From the IMG/VR virus record IMGVR_UViG_3300032331_003609, positions 180,851 through 244,850 of that record: a DNA stretch of 64,000 nucleotides; one strand, given 5' to 3'. Below, piece by piece: positions 37,607 to 49,111 of this stretch; within the stretch, counting starts at the first letter, position 1, and each line of letters opens with the position of its first letter. Both the position numbers and the translations under genes were made by a program. The notes below the pieces were generated by a model. It was not told the origin of the DNA and ran no database searches. It saw only the letters and a list, made by a program, of their open reading frames with translations.

Positions 37607-40600
37607 ATGGCAGGTACCAAAAATTCAATAAGTTCTTTATTAGCTCAGTTTTTGAGACTTCAGAAAAATTCTCTGGAGATTATTAATAAGCTAAGCAATG
37701 CTACTACTTCTAAGCAAGACACAGTTAATGTGGAATTTCTTGATGATAATAATGTTACAAGCATTATTCCAATTCCTTCTTGGGGTTACATTACAAACGA
37801 GATTAAGAGATTAGATTCTAATATTAAGACTTTAAGTGGATTAGATGATGGAAATGCAAATGTTAGAAATGCAGACGGTACAGTTTCCAGAATTTACCAA
37901 ACAAAGCCTTTATTAGATCCTGTAGCTCCTAGTAATTTACAGGTTCCTTCTAATTTTAAATTTAGAAGTAATCACTTTTTTGAAAGTTTTTTAAATCCAC
38001 TTCTTTTTGTATCATTCAGTTTAGATGGTCAAGTTGATGCTGGTACTAAAAGAGTTTTTATAAAAAGAATAATTGCTAATACAACAACAGATTCCCAAAA
38101 GAATTATTTTGATACCAACCTAAAGGGAAGAAACGATATTTCAGATTCTGATTTTATGAATGCCCTTTACAATCAGGGGATAACGTATACAATAGATGAA
38201 AATCCAGAGGATCTTCCTTTACAGGTTATAAGATATAGCGGAACATTTTCAGTACTTAGAGTTTTTGATACAACACTTCCAGTAACTGTTAGTGGTCAAA
38301 TTATTAGTCAAACTGTTAGAAAATATAAATTAGATATAATTACATACAAAGATCTAATTTCGAGCTCATTAAATGCAGACCGTCAGCTTAAAACAGGAGA
38401 CGTATTAATGACAACAGGAGGAAGTAAATTTGAAATTACAAATGTGGATCTTTCTGAGTCTACTGTAGTTTTAAAAAGACTTAATGGATATGAGCCAGTT
38501 CCAATTGGAAACAATGCTCTTGTTTTAGCATCCGAAATGCTTTCGCCATTGCAGGTTAATGTTAATATAGGTCATGATGAGAGACAAGCTATTTTTATTA
38601 AATCAATAAATGATGAAAAGCATGTAACAGGATCATCATATAGTAGAGGTGTTGTTTTTCATTCTAATGAAATGATGATTAACACATCAGAAGGAACAAT
38701 GACCCTTGATGAATTTTATAAAAATCAAGTAGCAGATTTTGGATCTCAATTCTTAGCTAACACTAAAGAAAAAACAATACCTTCTGTTTACGGATTAACC
38801 CCAAATTCGCCAACTGTAGATTCTGCTAATTTCAAGGTTGTACAGATCAATAAACAAATAACCCAGACGAATACATCCGATAAATTTTCAAGTACAGTAC
38901 AAACAAAGGTTAAACTACAGAATGAAATAGATGCACTTAATAAATCAATAGATCAAGCTAGAAATGAGGTTGCTCAGCTAGTTACAACGTCTGTTACATC
39001 TTCTAATACTTCTAGTAGAGAAAGCTTAATAACAAAGATCGATAGTTTAACAAGAGAAAAATCAACAAAGACCTCATTACTACAAACAGTAATTCAGGAT
39101 TTAAATAATATATCTTCTACATCTCCGGAAATCTCAGAAACACCAAAATACAGAGTTAGAGGATTTTGGCCTATACCTTCACCAATAACTGATGGTAAAA
39201 CCGGAAACCAAGATGTTATTCAATTTAGGGTTAGATATAGATATTTAACTAAGCAAGGAAATTCTACAGCATCCGATGAAATTAAGTTTAAGGACAACGA
39301 CGGAACGGAAAGAAGAGCAACGTATAGTAACTGGGTAGAATTTAAAACCGATATCAGAAAGAAAGGTTATAATACAACAACTAAGAAATACTACTGGTTA
39401 GATGAGGATGTTCAGAATGCTGATGTTCCTAATATTAACCAATTAGATATTCCTATAACAGCGGGTGAAAAAGTCGAAATTAAAGTTGCTTCTGTCTCAG
39501 AAGCTGGGTGGCCTACCAATCCGTTAGAATCTGATTTTTCAACCCCAATCACTGTTGGATTTCCTGAAGAATTAACTACAGCAAGTGGAAACGAGCAATA
39601 TGTCAAGCAAAATGCTAATGATCAGATATTAGTTTCTTTACAACAAGATTTATCTGCTAAAGGCTTAGATTCTCACTTATCTACTGCTTTTAATAGTGGA
39701 GACAAATATTATGCACACGTTTCTGATACAATATCTTCAGGATTTTTTGATGGAACAACAGGTAAAGCTTTAGATCTTTATCAAAAGATACTTTCAATGG
39801 ATCAAGAAATTGCATCACTTAAAGCTTTAATTGCTGTTGCTAAGGGTGTACTTTCAGTTTATGTTACATACGGTACAGGAGCTAATTCTACATCAATCAG
39901 TGTTAAAAGAGGATCTTTGGTAGAATTATTCGCTGGATATTATAGTGAATTATTAGATCTTACTACTGATAATAGTAAATGGGGAAAAATAATTTCTACT
40001 TTATACACAATAGAATTGAGAAACGATACGGCTTCTCCCTTAGAATTATCTTCCACTATACCAGGAGGACAGAGTATCATAGCTCTTTCAAGCGGAGCAA
40101 CTGGAGACGGAAGTGCAGATTATAAAAACTTCAGGAAGTACGATCTAACCCCGATATCATTAACTGGTGTTAAATCGTCTGATGTAACTGTTGGATTAAG
40201 CGGAATTTCATCTTTTATTCATGCAGCTCCTTACCAATCTGCTAATTCAAATTCTCAATTTGTTTATACAAGATACAAATCGGTTGGATATGATGAAGAT
40301 TTATTTTTCCAACCAGTAACTGGGGTATCATGGAACGAAGATTCAGGTATTGCTGGACAGCCTGTACATTTTGGAACTATACTTCCTTTTAATCCGACAG
40401 GATCTACTACACCTGGATCATCCAATGCAAGTGTCTGGGCAGGTACATATTCGGGTGGAGTACCATTAGGCAGCGGAAAATTAAATGAATTCTGTGTTCA
40501 TATAAGTCATCCTACTGTTGTTTACGAAGCAGCCCAGGGATCTCCAAAAACATTTAAACAACTAGTTAAACCTACTCAGCCTTCTCCTGGATCTAAAGGA

Positions 40601-41167
40601 TTTGTATATCCGGAATTTAGACATGCAGCTGGATTTGAAACAGCAATAACGGATGTTAACTATCTGTATCCTTCAAATCAGTCAAAACCGTATCAACAAT
40701 TAGGATACACACAGATTACAAATAATATTTATGGAACAGGCGGTGATAATCACTCTTACCCAGAAAAATTAGGATTTTCAACTAATGATGAGTATCTAGT
40801 AGGAAAATATTCATGTGGTTCTTATTTATTTATGGCACCATCAAGTCACGCTCCTATTCAAGTTGAAGGATCAACTTCTTTAGCAACCAAAGTACTTTCA
40901 CCAGGATCACAAAATGCAATAGTTATACCAGTTTTATTCCAAATGAGATGTCAGGACAAACTAGGATATATTGGAGGATTTAGAAATACCGGAACGATTA
41001 GAAATATTACCTACACTAAAAAGATAGGGATAGATATAAAGGTAAGTAACGAAGAGATATTCTCTTTTGACCTATCAGTTTCAGGAAGCTATACTAAATC
41101 TGCTTTAGCTTCTCCTACTTATTCAAGTTTCAAGGATACGTTAGGAGTTAAGAGATTTAACAACTAA
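37607..41167 (+). CDS. Putative virion structural protein
   Basis: 1186-aa Ser/Thr-rich ORF with coiled-coil segments, tightly packed in the structural operon. Confidence 0.55.
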   Translation: MAGTKNSISSLLAQFLRLQKNSLEIINKLSNATTSKQDTVNVEFLDDNNVTSIIPIPSWGYITNEIKRLDSNIKTLSGLDDGNANVRNADGTVSRIYQTKPLLDPVAPSNLQVPSNFKFRSNHFFESFLNPLLFVSFSLDGQVDAGTKRVFIKRIIANTTTDSQKNYFDTNLKGRNDISDSDFMNALYNQGITYTIDENPEDLPLQVIRYSGTFSVLRVFDTTLPVTVSGQIISQTVRKYKLDIITYKDLISSSLNADRQLKTGDVLMTTGGSKFEITNVDLSESTVVLKRLNGYEPVPIGNNALVLASEMLSPLQVNVNIGHDERQAIFIKSINDEKHVTGSSYSRGVVFHSNEMMINTSEGTMTLDEFYKNQVADFGSQFLANTKEKTIPSVYGLTPNSPTVDSANFKVVQINKQITQTNTSDKFSSTVQTKVKLQNEIDALNKSIDQARNEVAQLVTTSVTSSNTSSRESLITKIDSLTREKSTKTSLLQTVIQDLNNISSTSPEISETPKYRVRGFWPIPSPITDGKTGNQDVIQFRVRYRYLTKQGNSTASDEIKFKDNDGTERRATYSNWVEFKTDIRKKGYNTTTKKYYWLDEDVQNADVPNINQLDIPITAGEKVEIKVASVSEAGWPTNPLESDFSTPITVGFPEELTTASGNEQYVKQNANDQILVSLQQDLSAKGLDSHLSTAFNSGDKYYAHVSDTISSGFFDGTTGKALDLYQKILSMDQEIASLKALIAVAKGVLSVYVTYGTGANSTSISVKRGSLVELFAGYYSELLDLTTDNSKWGKIISTLYTIELRNDTASPLELSSTIPGGQSIIALSSGATGDGSADYKNFRKYDLTPISLTGVKSSDVTVGLSGISSFIHAAPYQSANSNSQFVYTRYKSVGYDEDLFFQPVTGVSWNEDSGIAGQPVHFGTILPFNPTGSTTPGSSNASVWAGTYSGGVPLGSGKLNEFCVHISHPTVVYEAAQGSPKTFKQLVKPTQPSPGSKGFVYPEFRHAAGFETAITDVNYLYPSNQSKPYQQLGYTQITNNIYGTGGDNHSYPEKLGFSTNDEYLVGKYSCGSYLFMAPSSHAPIQVEGSTSLATKVLSPGSQNAIVIPVLFQMRCQDKLGYIGGFRNTGTIRNITYTKKIGIDIKVSNEEIFSFDLSVSGSYTKSALASPTYSSFKDTLGVKRFNN

Positions 41168-41182
41168 AAAGGATAACTAAGA

Positions 41183-44100
41183 ATGGCAGAGAAAAAAGAC
41201 AAGTATAAATCTTCCTTCGGTATTATAAGGGCTAACCCTAGAATATCAGGTAATCTTAAGCTTAGCGTAGATTCGTCAGAAAATATATGGCTGAATTCGA
41301 TTGATTCAAATGATGAGATGTCTAAGAATCAATACAAAGGGTATAGATTATCTTCTGATGGTGATTTTGCGCATGACGTATACTCTTTTTTCAATAACGG
41401 AAAAACCCCAACTAATTTTATATTCGGTGTAAAGGGGGAAGAAACTATCAAGGAAAATTTTGTTTCTACATTAGTTGACCAATATGATGGATTTTATCAT
41501 ACAGGTGTAACCCCTTTAGTTTCTGATGTATATAGTGAAAATTTTTCATATTTAGCTCCCTTGTGGCTTGGTAAAGATATACCAAAATATTTTGTTATTT
41601 TCAGAATAGATGACCCTATAGATTTTTCATATGTTATAAAAGTAACAGCACTGGAGGTTGGAAAAAATTATAAGGTCCTTGAAGATTACGGGATTGATAC
41701 AACGACAGCAGCATATCAAAAATATAAAATAAAAACTGATGGCAATGAATATTTATCAGGAAGTATATTTACTGCAACATCAACAGATTTTACGACAATA
41801 GCTGGATTAGGAAGTGTTGTATTATTAGATGCTAACTATAACGTTCCTAATATAGGAAATATACAAACACATTTTATAGAAAATATACTTCCTAAGTCTT
41901 CTATCGTTTCTACTTTTTCTTTACAGAAAGATAGTAAGATAGGAAAATATATTAGAAATATACAAAACAATTCCGGATATAGCCAATCATTAATTGATGT
42001 TAGATTTGAAAAAAACTCTTTAAGCACATACAATGGGGTTTCTGTATCTGATGGGGTATATTGTAAGAAGGGTGAATATTTAAATTCTCTTTTTACTAGT
42101 GATTCTACTATGATAGAATTTGATCAGATTATCACTGACGGATTTAAAAGAAATGATGTTATATCATACAACCTCCTAAATCTAGAATTTTTATTTGATG
42201 ATAATGATGCAGATCTTTATACCATTAATAGGTATTACGGATTATATGTGGATGATATTCCGACCGGGAAATTCCAATTATCTGGGGATCTTTTTTATAA
42301 TAAATCTACAGAGAAAGGAAATTTTCCCGAGCCCAAGTCTTCTTTACAGATTTCTAAACAAATGCTTAATTCTTTTTATCAGAGCAATAATAACGGGATT
42401 AGACTTTTTGTAGACAGCGATTCTAAATGGGGGCACATACCATCTTCTAAAAATATACAAGTTGACGATAGACTTAAATATTTTTATATAAAAGACAAGA
42501 ACAATAAATTCTATTCATACAAGCAGTCAAAGAATTATATAACCGATACGACAACCTCTAATAAATGGGGGGAAAACACAGATCAGGATGATTTAATAAT
42601 TTTAAAGAACAGAATTTTAGATATTTCAGATTTTGCTGGTATAGACAAAACTAAAACTAAAGAGTACAAAGGGATATTAGCAAAAACTGGTGGCAGATCT
42701 TATATGGTTATTAAGATAACTAACGAATTACTTCCTAATGATGCTATCGTATTATATCATCCTTTTGGTGAAAATAAAATAGGTAACGAAAGATATGATT
42801 ATTTTGTTGCGTCAGAATTAACATATGCTATAAGCGGATGGGGTCCAGGCAGTTATATTGATGATAGTGGAGCATATTATTTCCATCCATTCGGTACTAA
42901 TGAAGAAATAGCTAAAGCATTAGCTGGAGCTATTAATAGCGTTAATTATAAATCATATAAGGCTTTTAATATAGGGGATGAAGTTATTATAAGATCCGAA
43001 GGAAGTGATCATAGAAATGATGATGTTTTTTCAATTTTTGTTTATAAAGATTTTTACGCTAAAGAAAAATTTAATAGAAGAGAAAAAATATATCTTAATG
43101 GAGTTGATGGTGTAGATCTTACTAATTATTTAAATTTTACAGGCGGATCAGAGCATAAGAATACAAGGGTCAAAATAAAAGCAGAAGATGCAAACAAGCT
43201 ATCTACTGAAACAAGTTACATCAGAACAAATTTTGGATTATCTAAGGTTAAATTCGTAGGAAAATTTATAGACGAGACAGAAGATGAATTATCATATCAT
43301 ACTATTAAAGACTATACAAGTCATGCAATAGTAGAAATTGAAGACAATACACACACTATATTATTAGGAACAAGTAACACTATTATAGTTGAAGAGCTTG
43401 TTCAGATAGAAACTGGTGTATTTTCTATGTACAGTGTTAAGGATCTTGATATAGATTTTTGGTCAAGTACGTATGGCAAAACTCCAACAGAAGAATATTA
43501 TAGATATATTGATATACAGCCGGATGGAATATCTACAATTTATCCCGGAATAGATTATGCAGTAGCTGCAGGAACAAGCATTGAATATAACGGTACGACA
43601 TACGGACCTAATTCTGATTTTATTTTTAGAGGAGTATCAGGATCAACAAGTTATAAACTTCTTGAGCAATCTAATAATGCAAGATTTAATGTTGTTCCTA
43701 CCGTGTATGTAAATTCTCCTTTGGGAATATCCGCGGGTAATAATGATCCGCATATAGATCTTGATAAATTTCCGGGATTTCTAGGTATTCAGGATATTAA
43801 ATTTCTTGATGATGCTTCTTCTATTTATACTAAGAAAGATCAAATGAATTTTGGTAAGGTGGATAATGAATATGAGGTCTTAAAAGAGAACTATTTAAGA
43901 AATCTTGTTACCGTATCTAGAATAACACCGTATATTACTAAATGGGTTTATAATGGCGGCATAGATGTAAGAGGTAATGATTATAGACTTAACTCTAGTC
44001 CTGCATTTACCCCTTTAAATTTTTCTCCTAGTTTCTTTGGACAAAATAGGGATCCTTTATATTTTACTAACGAATGGTATTTATTGGAAAACCCTCCAAT

Positions 44101-46858
44101 AGATTCACCTGCTAATCTTTTAAAGAATAGTTCGAGCTATTGTGCTGGAAGTATTAATATAGAATCTATTAAAAACGCGGATCCTTCTTTGGAAGACTAT
44201 TTTGTAAATTACTTTACCATTGACGGGGAAGATTTTTACAATTTGGATAATGTTAAGTTTAGTGATGTAAGAAATAGAAATTCCGATCAATTATACACAT
44301 ATTTTTCTTACGATTCAGCTTCGGGATTTTCAGATACTCTTTTTAGGGGGATTAAAGTTAGGATCAAAGAAAGAACCGATGCTTCTCTTGAAACGAAAGA
44401 AAAAAATCTTTTTAAACTAAATGATTCAAAATTTAATGGATATAAATTTTCTTGCGTATTAAAATCAGTGGATGATCCTGATCCGTATCATGTAACATCT
44501 CCATTAACTTTTAATATTCATCATAATGATCAATTCAAGACTGTTACACTTATAATAACTATTGTTAACAACGATCTTAGATTTGTAGATCCTGTAAAAT
44601 TCAGAGGTATTATTCATAATTCAAACAGTGATGCAAATAAAGTTTTTGAAACTGCTACGGGTTCTTGGTTTTACAACCCTACAGGAATATACGGAGGTGT
44701 TGATTATTTTGGTTTATATTCAGTAAGCAATAAGTACAGACATAGTGTTACTCTAGGATCAGGAAGTACGGAATATGCTAAATTGAATAATGGGGGATAT
44801 ACCTCATCTATTATAGGAAATGTAAAATTAACTTCTGCATTAAACGTAACAAGAAAAGCAACTATAGGGTTTTCTTCTTTAGTTGATGAAACAACAACAT
44901 TAGGATCAGGAATTGTTGCAATTGCAGTTAATCCTGATTATGATACAGATTTACGCGAGGAAGTTAAATTCTATGATCCAACAACCCCGGTTGTTGGAAC
45001 AGGTTCAAGAGCTAGCACGTTTAAATCCCCATATACATTATTCTCGCCAAGATCAGATGTTAATGGGGGATACTGGTTTAGAACACCATGGATTACCGGA
45101 GTTGGGAAGAATTATGTTAATTATAACGAAGTTAATTATACAAGCGGTGTTGGATATTTCTTCGATTTTACTAGCTTAGGATATCCATATGCTAATGGAT
45201 ACACAAAAGTTCCTATTGGTGCTTCATATAATTCAATGAAAGACAGAGCTGTTTATCAATTTGCATCAGGAGAGAATTATTGGGAAGCTTTATTAAATAA
45301 AATAACATTCTCGGAAATTTATAGAACATTTATTGAAGACAATAACTATATAAACTATACCAAATCTACGTGGGATGAAGCAAACCAAACAACTATAGTA
45401 ACTGATAGCACGTTTATTCTTGAATTCATAAAGCCATCATCATTTGTACAAGATGCTAGAAAAATCCCTATAGAAGAAGATTATAAACCAGAATCATATT
45501 CAAATACTAACGTAGGCTATAAATTAGTAGAGCAAAGTGCTATTACCGAATTCTTTAGGTATGGCGGGGGATACGTTCCTAAGTTTAAAGATGTTTTAAT
45601 GTTTGATAATATAAAGAACGATAGACTATCTACTGATAAAAATCCATCAACTTCCCAAAATCCAAATGTATTAGACGTTTCAGTAAGTCTACAATTAAAA
45701 ACCCTAACTTCAAAATATTATGGAATAGGATCGGAATATGAGATATTAATAGACGGCTTTACAAGAAAGAAATTAAGATTAGTTAAAGGAAATTCTTATA
45801 ATTTTATATTTGAAAATTTTTCAAGACTTTCTTCTTCTAATTCAGGTCTTAAGAAAAACTTTGTTATATCTTATGTTGTAGATTCTGGAGAATCATACAA
45901 CCTTTATACTGACGGGTTTTCTTACACTAGTGATACAACAGCTTTATTTGTTGTACCTCAAGATTCACCCGGTAAAATATATTATGAAATAGAGAGCGAA
46001 AATTTTGCTGGTGATGCGGTGTTAGTTGTTGAGACTATCGAATATAAAAATACAACACTTGGAGTAAATAAGGATTCATTTGCTAAAGTAAAGAATCTTA
46101 ATTTTTATAAGTATGCGAAGAATAATCCATTTGGAATAGATCCTCAATCCGGATATAAACCACAATATCCATTAATAGGAGAAACCCCTATTGATAGAAG
46201 AGACATGTTTATTTTTGAAAGTACATGGGATGCTGGAAGATACAGAGAATACTATGCACCTACGACATATCAATATGTTCCTGGAGTGAAGAACATGCTA
46301 GAGCAAAAATCTTTCTTTGGTAGTAAGGTTATGAAGACCCCAAATCTTATAAAGCAACCAATACAATTAAAGTATCCTTCTACATTAAGTGATGTTTTTA
46401 ATATTAATACAGATCTTTATCCTAAATATGAAATTCTATGGGAAGAAACTGATACAGAGATAAAGGCATTATTGTTAGTAGATAGGACAGCGGTTAAACA
46501 TTTTCAAGATGGAGGAATAGATAAGAAATTCTCGGAACTTCTAATTTCTGAATTTGGTGTGGGAAATGAAACGATTTTAACCGACGATGCTGATGAGTAC
46601 ATTAAAAATAACATATTGCCACAGTACGAAGCCAAAGAAATATTGGTTTTTGTAAAGAAGATTAAGGTAACATCAGGGGTAGATCTTCAGCCGATAATAA
46701 CGGATTTGACTGATTATCAGAAGATATCTACAGGGTTTATCAAATCTGCTAATAATGATATTAAAAAGAGAGGTTCTCTTGCATACGAATATAAATTACA
46801 AAAAGACCCTTCCTTTGACTACTCGGTAGCGTTCTCTTTTGTAGTCGGAAAAATATAA
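41183..46858 (+). CDS. Large putative virion structural (tail/baseplate-associated) protein
   Basis: 1891-aa ORF. LRLVKGNSYNF...FVVPQDSPGKIYY resembles cupredoxin-like modules of phage fibres. Confidence 0.55.
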   Translation: MAEKKDKYKSSFGIIRANPRISGNLKLSVDSSENIWLNSIDSNDEMSKNQYKGYRLSSDGDFAHDVYSFFNNGKTPTNFIFGVKGEETIKENFVSTLVDQYDGFYHTGVTPLVSDVYSENFSYLAPLWLGKDIPKYFVIFRIDDPIDFSYVIKVTALEVGKNYKVLEDYGIDTTTAAYQKYKIKTDGNEYLSGSIFTATSTDFTTIAGLGSVVLLDANYNVPNIGNIQTHFIENILPKSSIVSTFSLQKDSKIGKYIRNIQNNSGYSQSLIDVRFEKNSLSTYNGVSVSDGVYCKKGEYLNSLFTSDSTMIEFDQIITDGFKRNDVISYNLLNLEFLFDDNDADLYTINRYYGLYVDDIPTGKFQLSGDLFYNKSTEKGNFPEPKSSLQISKQMLNSFYQSNNNGIRLFVDSDSKWGHIPSSKNIQVDDRLKYFYIKDKNNKFYSYKQSKNYITDTTTSNKWGENTDQDDLIILKNRILDISDFAGIDKTKTKEYKGILAKTGGRSYMVIKITNELLPNDAIVLYHPFGENKIGNERYDYFVASELTYAISGWGPGSYIDDSGAYYFHPFGTNEEIAKALAGAINSVNYKSYKAFNIGDEVIIRSEGSDHRNDDVFSIFVYKDFYAKEKFNRREKIYLNGVDGVDLTNYLNFTGGSEHKNTRVKIKAEDANKLSTETSYIRTNFGLSKVKFVGKFIDETEDELSYHTIKDYTSHAIVEIEDNTHTILLGTSNTIIVEELVQIETGVFSMYSVKDLDIDFWSSTYGKTPTEEYYRYIDIQPDGISTIYPGIDYAVAAGTSIEYNGTTYGPNSDFIFRGVSGSTSYKLLEQSNNARFNVVPTVYVNSPLGISAGNNDPHIDLDKFPGFLGIQDIKFLDDASSIYTKKDQMNFGKVDNEYEVLKENYLRNLVTVSRITPYITKWVYNGGIDVRGNDYRLNSSPAFTPLNFSPSFFGQNRDPLYFTNEWYLLENPPIDSPANLLKNSSSYCAGSINIESIKNADPSLEDYFVNYFTIDGEDFYNLDNVKFSDVRNRNSDQLYTYFSYDSASGFSDTLFRGIKVRIKERTDASLETKEKNLFKLNDSKFNGYKFSCVLKSVDDPDPYHVTSPLTFNIHHNDQFKTVTLIITIVNNDLRFVDPVKFRGIIHNSNSDANKVFETATGSWFYNPTGIYGGVDYFGLYSVSNKYRHSVTLGSGSTEYAKLNNGGYTSSIIGNVKLTSALNVTRKATIGFSSLVDETTTLGSGIVAIAVNPDYDTDLREEVKFYDPTTPVVGTGSRASTFKSPYTLFSPRSDVNGGYWFRTPWITGVGKNYVNYNEVNYTSGVGYFFDFTSLGYPYANGYTKVPIGASYNSMKDRAVYQFASGENYWEALLNKITFSEIYRTFIEDNNYINYTKSTWDEANQTTIVTDSTFILEFIKPSSFVQDARKIPIEEDYKPESYSNTNVGYKLVEQSAITEFFRYGGGYVPKFKDVLMFDNIKNDRLSTDKNPSTSQNPNVLDVSVSLQLKTLTSKYYGIGSEYEILIDGFTRKKLRLVKGNSYNFIFENFSRLSSSNSGLKKNFVISYVVDSGESYNLYTDGFSYTSDTTALFVVPQDSPGKIYYEIESENFAGDAVLVVETIEYKNTTLGVNKDSFAKVKNLNFYKYAKNNPFGIDPQSGYKPQYPLIGETPIDRRDMFIFESTWDAGRYREYYAPTTYQYVPGVKNMLEQKSFFGSKVMKTPNLIKQPIQLKYPSTLSDVFNINTDLYPKYEILWEETDTEIKALLLVDRTAVKHFQDGGIDKKFSELLISEFGVGNETILTDDADEYIKNNILPQYEAKEILVFVKKIKVTSGVDLQPIITDLTDYQKISTGFIKSANNDIKKRGSLAYEYKLQKDPSFDYSVAFSFVVGKI

Positions 46859-46862
46859 GGGA

Positions 46863-46873
46863 GATATATATAA
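46863..46873 (+). promoter_or_regulatory. Putative late promoter GATATATATAA
   Basis: Recurring motif, 16 nt upstream of 46890. Confidence 0.55.
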
Positions 46874-46889
46874 AAAGTAATACTTAGAG

Positions 46890-49088
46890 ATGCCGAAAAT
46901 AAACATATTAAATATTCTTGCTGGGGATCAACAAGCAATACTTGTAGACAAAGTAAACTACAATTTTGACCAGATTTTAACAGCGGGCGGCGGACCACAG
47001 GGACCTCAGGGCATTAGAGGTGCTACCGGACCTATAGGGCCGCAAGGAATACAGGGTCCAACCGGACCACAGGGATTAAAAGGATCAAGATGGTATGTTC
47101 AGGTAACCGCTCCAACATCTGAAAATATTTTTCATACACCCTGGGGAGAGCCTGAACTTGGAGATTATTGGTTAGCAGGAGCAGATGATGCTAATCCATA
47201 TGGAATTTATGTTTATAATGAAACTGTACCAGGAGCTTTAAATTGGGAGTACTCTGGAGTTTTCTTTGCTAATACATCAGCATTTACCCCGGTAGATGAC
47301 ATAAATCAGACGGATGAAAGAGCTTTAATACACGATACATTATTCAGTAATAGGTATTCTTTAGTCCTAAGTGATTACGGAGTTACCGGGTCAGAAACAG
47401 GATTTAAATATAGGGATTTTAATAAATTTGGAATTAATGGGGAAAGATCTAAGCTTAAAATAGCTACTGATTTTAATTCACCATTTTTATCCCTTTTATC
47501 TTTTGGTAGAGCAAACTTAGATGACGGAAATAGAGCAAACACAGCATATAGTTTAAATAGAAATCCTAGATTTAGATGGAAGAATTTAACAGGCAGTGAT
47601 TATCATATAGAATTCTTTTCTCCAACGGGTGATTATTATGTAAGCACTCCTAAATTTGTTATAGGGGGAACTTCTTCTAATTTTTCAGTAACAGGTTATA
47701 ATGCTACCGGCGACATGTTCCGCCTTACAACAAGTTCAACAGCTGCTGTAAATCCTAGCAAATATTTTTTTGGGTTTGACTCCGCTGGATATGTAACAAA
47801 AGGATTACCGTACAATCCAACAATAAGTGCAGGTATTCTTTCCTCTGATGCAAATAATTTAGATTATTACGAAGAGGGGGATTTAAAAGGAATACTTCAA
47901 TTAAAAACCTATTGCAATACTACAGAATGGAACGGAACGCCTGATTCTACATATAATAATGTAAAGGCAAGATATACGAGAATTGGTAATTTGGTTCATG
48001 TTGATTTTACAATTAAAATAGCAGGACTAGGAGCTACAGTTCCTCAGTATTTAGACAATGGTGGTACCTTATTTATTAAAGGATTTCCCTACGACCCTGA
48101 TTTCTCTGCCATTAAAGCAGGAGAAGACACTACAAGTATCACAAGACCAGCAATGCCTGTGATACCTATTAAGGCATCCATAGGAAATTCAACATTGAGG
48201 GATTATTCTGGTGCATTTGTTTATTACACAAATACAGGGGAATCAAGATTTATTCTTTATAATAATTCGGGGGGTTTATTTGATGTTAGTAGTTTACCTA
48301 CAGCAGCATCTTATTTATATGGAAGTTTCAGCTACACAACACAAAGTGCTACTAGAATTAGCACTATAGTTACACCTGCTGGATATTGTACAGGAACTTT
48401 ACCTGCACCAACACCAGCACCAACGCCAGCACCAACGCCAGCACCGACCCCAGCTCCTGATTACGATTTTGCTTGGGATTATGCTAATTATGTTGCAGGA
48501 CCAACACCAGCTCCAACACCTGCGCCTACGCCAGCTCCGACGCCAGCACCAACGCCAGCACCAACACCTGCGCCTACGCCAGCACCAACACCTGCGCCTA
48601 CGCCAGCACCAACACCTGCGCCTACGCCAGCACCAACACCTGCGCCTACGCCAGCACCAACGCCAGCACCAGCAAGCTGTAACATAAGTAATCCTAGCTA
48701 TGTGACAGTTAATACACCTACTGCTTATGGAACGATTTACATCTCAACGGATAGAAATATTACTTTATCAGCATTTGGGGGAGCAGCATTTGGAAGCCAT
48801 ACTAGCGCTAATATTAGCGTAACTGGATATAATGGAACAGCTACACCGTATCCAAGTTCTGCATATGTTTATGCAGGAAGTTATATTACTGCGGCTAACG
48901 ATCTTGCATTACCTGCTGGTTACTACAATTTCTACCTAACAAGTAGCTACCAAGGAAGTAATGGAAATAACGCTGGAATATCTTGTGGTACTGTCATAAC
49001 ATATACGCCAACACCTAGTCCAACTCCTAGCCCAGGAACTAGCGGAGGCGGCGGTGGAGGTGGAGGCGGAATGTCAGGAATAGGATAG
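46890..49088 (+). CDS. Tail fibre-like protein with collagen repeat, PAPT repeats and C-terminal poly-Gly
   Basis: N-terminal anchor, about 10 Gly-X-Y triplets, the LDYYEEG fibre motif, PAPT tracts and a terminal SG8MSGIG. Confidence 0.75.
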   Translation: MPKINILNILAGDQQAILVDKVNYNFDQILTAGGGPQGPQGIRGATGPIGPQGIQGPTGPQGLKGSRWYVQVTAPTSENIFHTPWGEPELGDYWLAGADDANPYGIYVYNETVPGALNWEYSGVFFANTSAFTPVDDINQTDERALIHDTLFSNRYSLVLSDYGVTGSETGFKYRDFNKFGINGERSKLKIATDFNSPFLSLLSFGRANLDDGNRANTAYSLNRNPRFRWKNLTGSDYHIEFFSPTGDYYVSTPKFVIGGTSSNFSVTGYNATGDMFRLTTSSTAAVNPSKYFFGFDSAGYVTKGLPYNPTISAGILSSDANNLDYYEEGDLKGILQLKTYCNTTEWNGTPDSTYNNVKARYTRIGNLVHVDFTIKIAGLGATVPQYLDNGGTLFIKGFPYDPDFSAIKAGEDTTSITRPAMPVIPIKASIGNSTLRDYSGAFVYYTNTGESRFILYNNSGGLFDVSSLPTAASYLYGSFSYTTQSATRISTIVTPAGYCTGTLPAPTPAPTPAPTPAPTPAPDYDFAWDYANYVAGPTPAPTPAPTPAPTPAPTPAPTPAPTPAPTPAPTPAPTPAPTPAPTPAPTPAPTPAPASCNISNPSYVTVNTPTAYGTIYISTDRNITLSAFGGAAFGSHTSANISVTGYNGTATPYPSSAYVYAGSYITAANDLALPAGYYNFYLTSSYQGSNGNNAGISCGTVITYTPTPSPTPSPGTSGGGGGGGGGMSGIG
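46992..47081 (+). repeat. Collagen-like Gly-X-Y repeat (about 10 triplets)
   Basis: [30 protein letters not shown]. Confidence 0.9.
48402..48673 (+). repeat. PAPT tetrapeptide tandem repeats in two blocks (48402-48458 and 48501-48673)
   Basis: 12-nt period, with four exact 24-nt units ccagcaccaacacctgcgcctacg at 48555-48650. Confidence 0.95.
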
Positions 49089-49111
49089 AATTAAACTAAT
49101 AAATTAAAAAC

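Noticed and set aside
48555-48650. 24-nt exact repeats as a possible CRISPR array
   Set aside because: They are head-to-tail with no spacers, in frame and coding for PAPTPAPT, and no cas genes are present.
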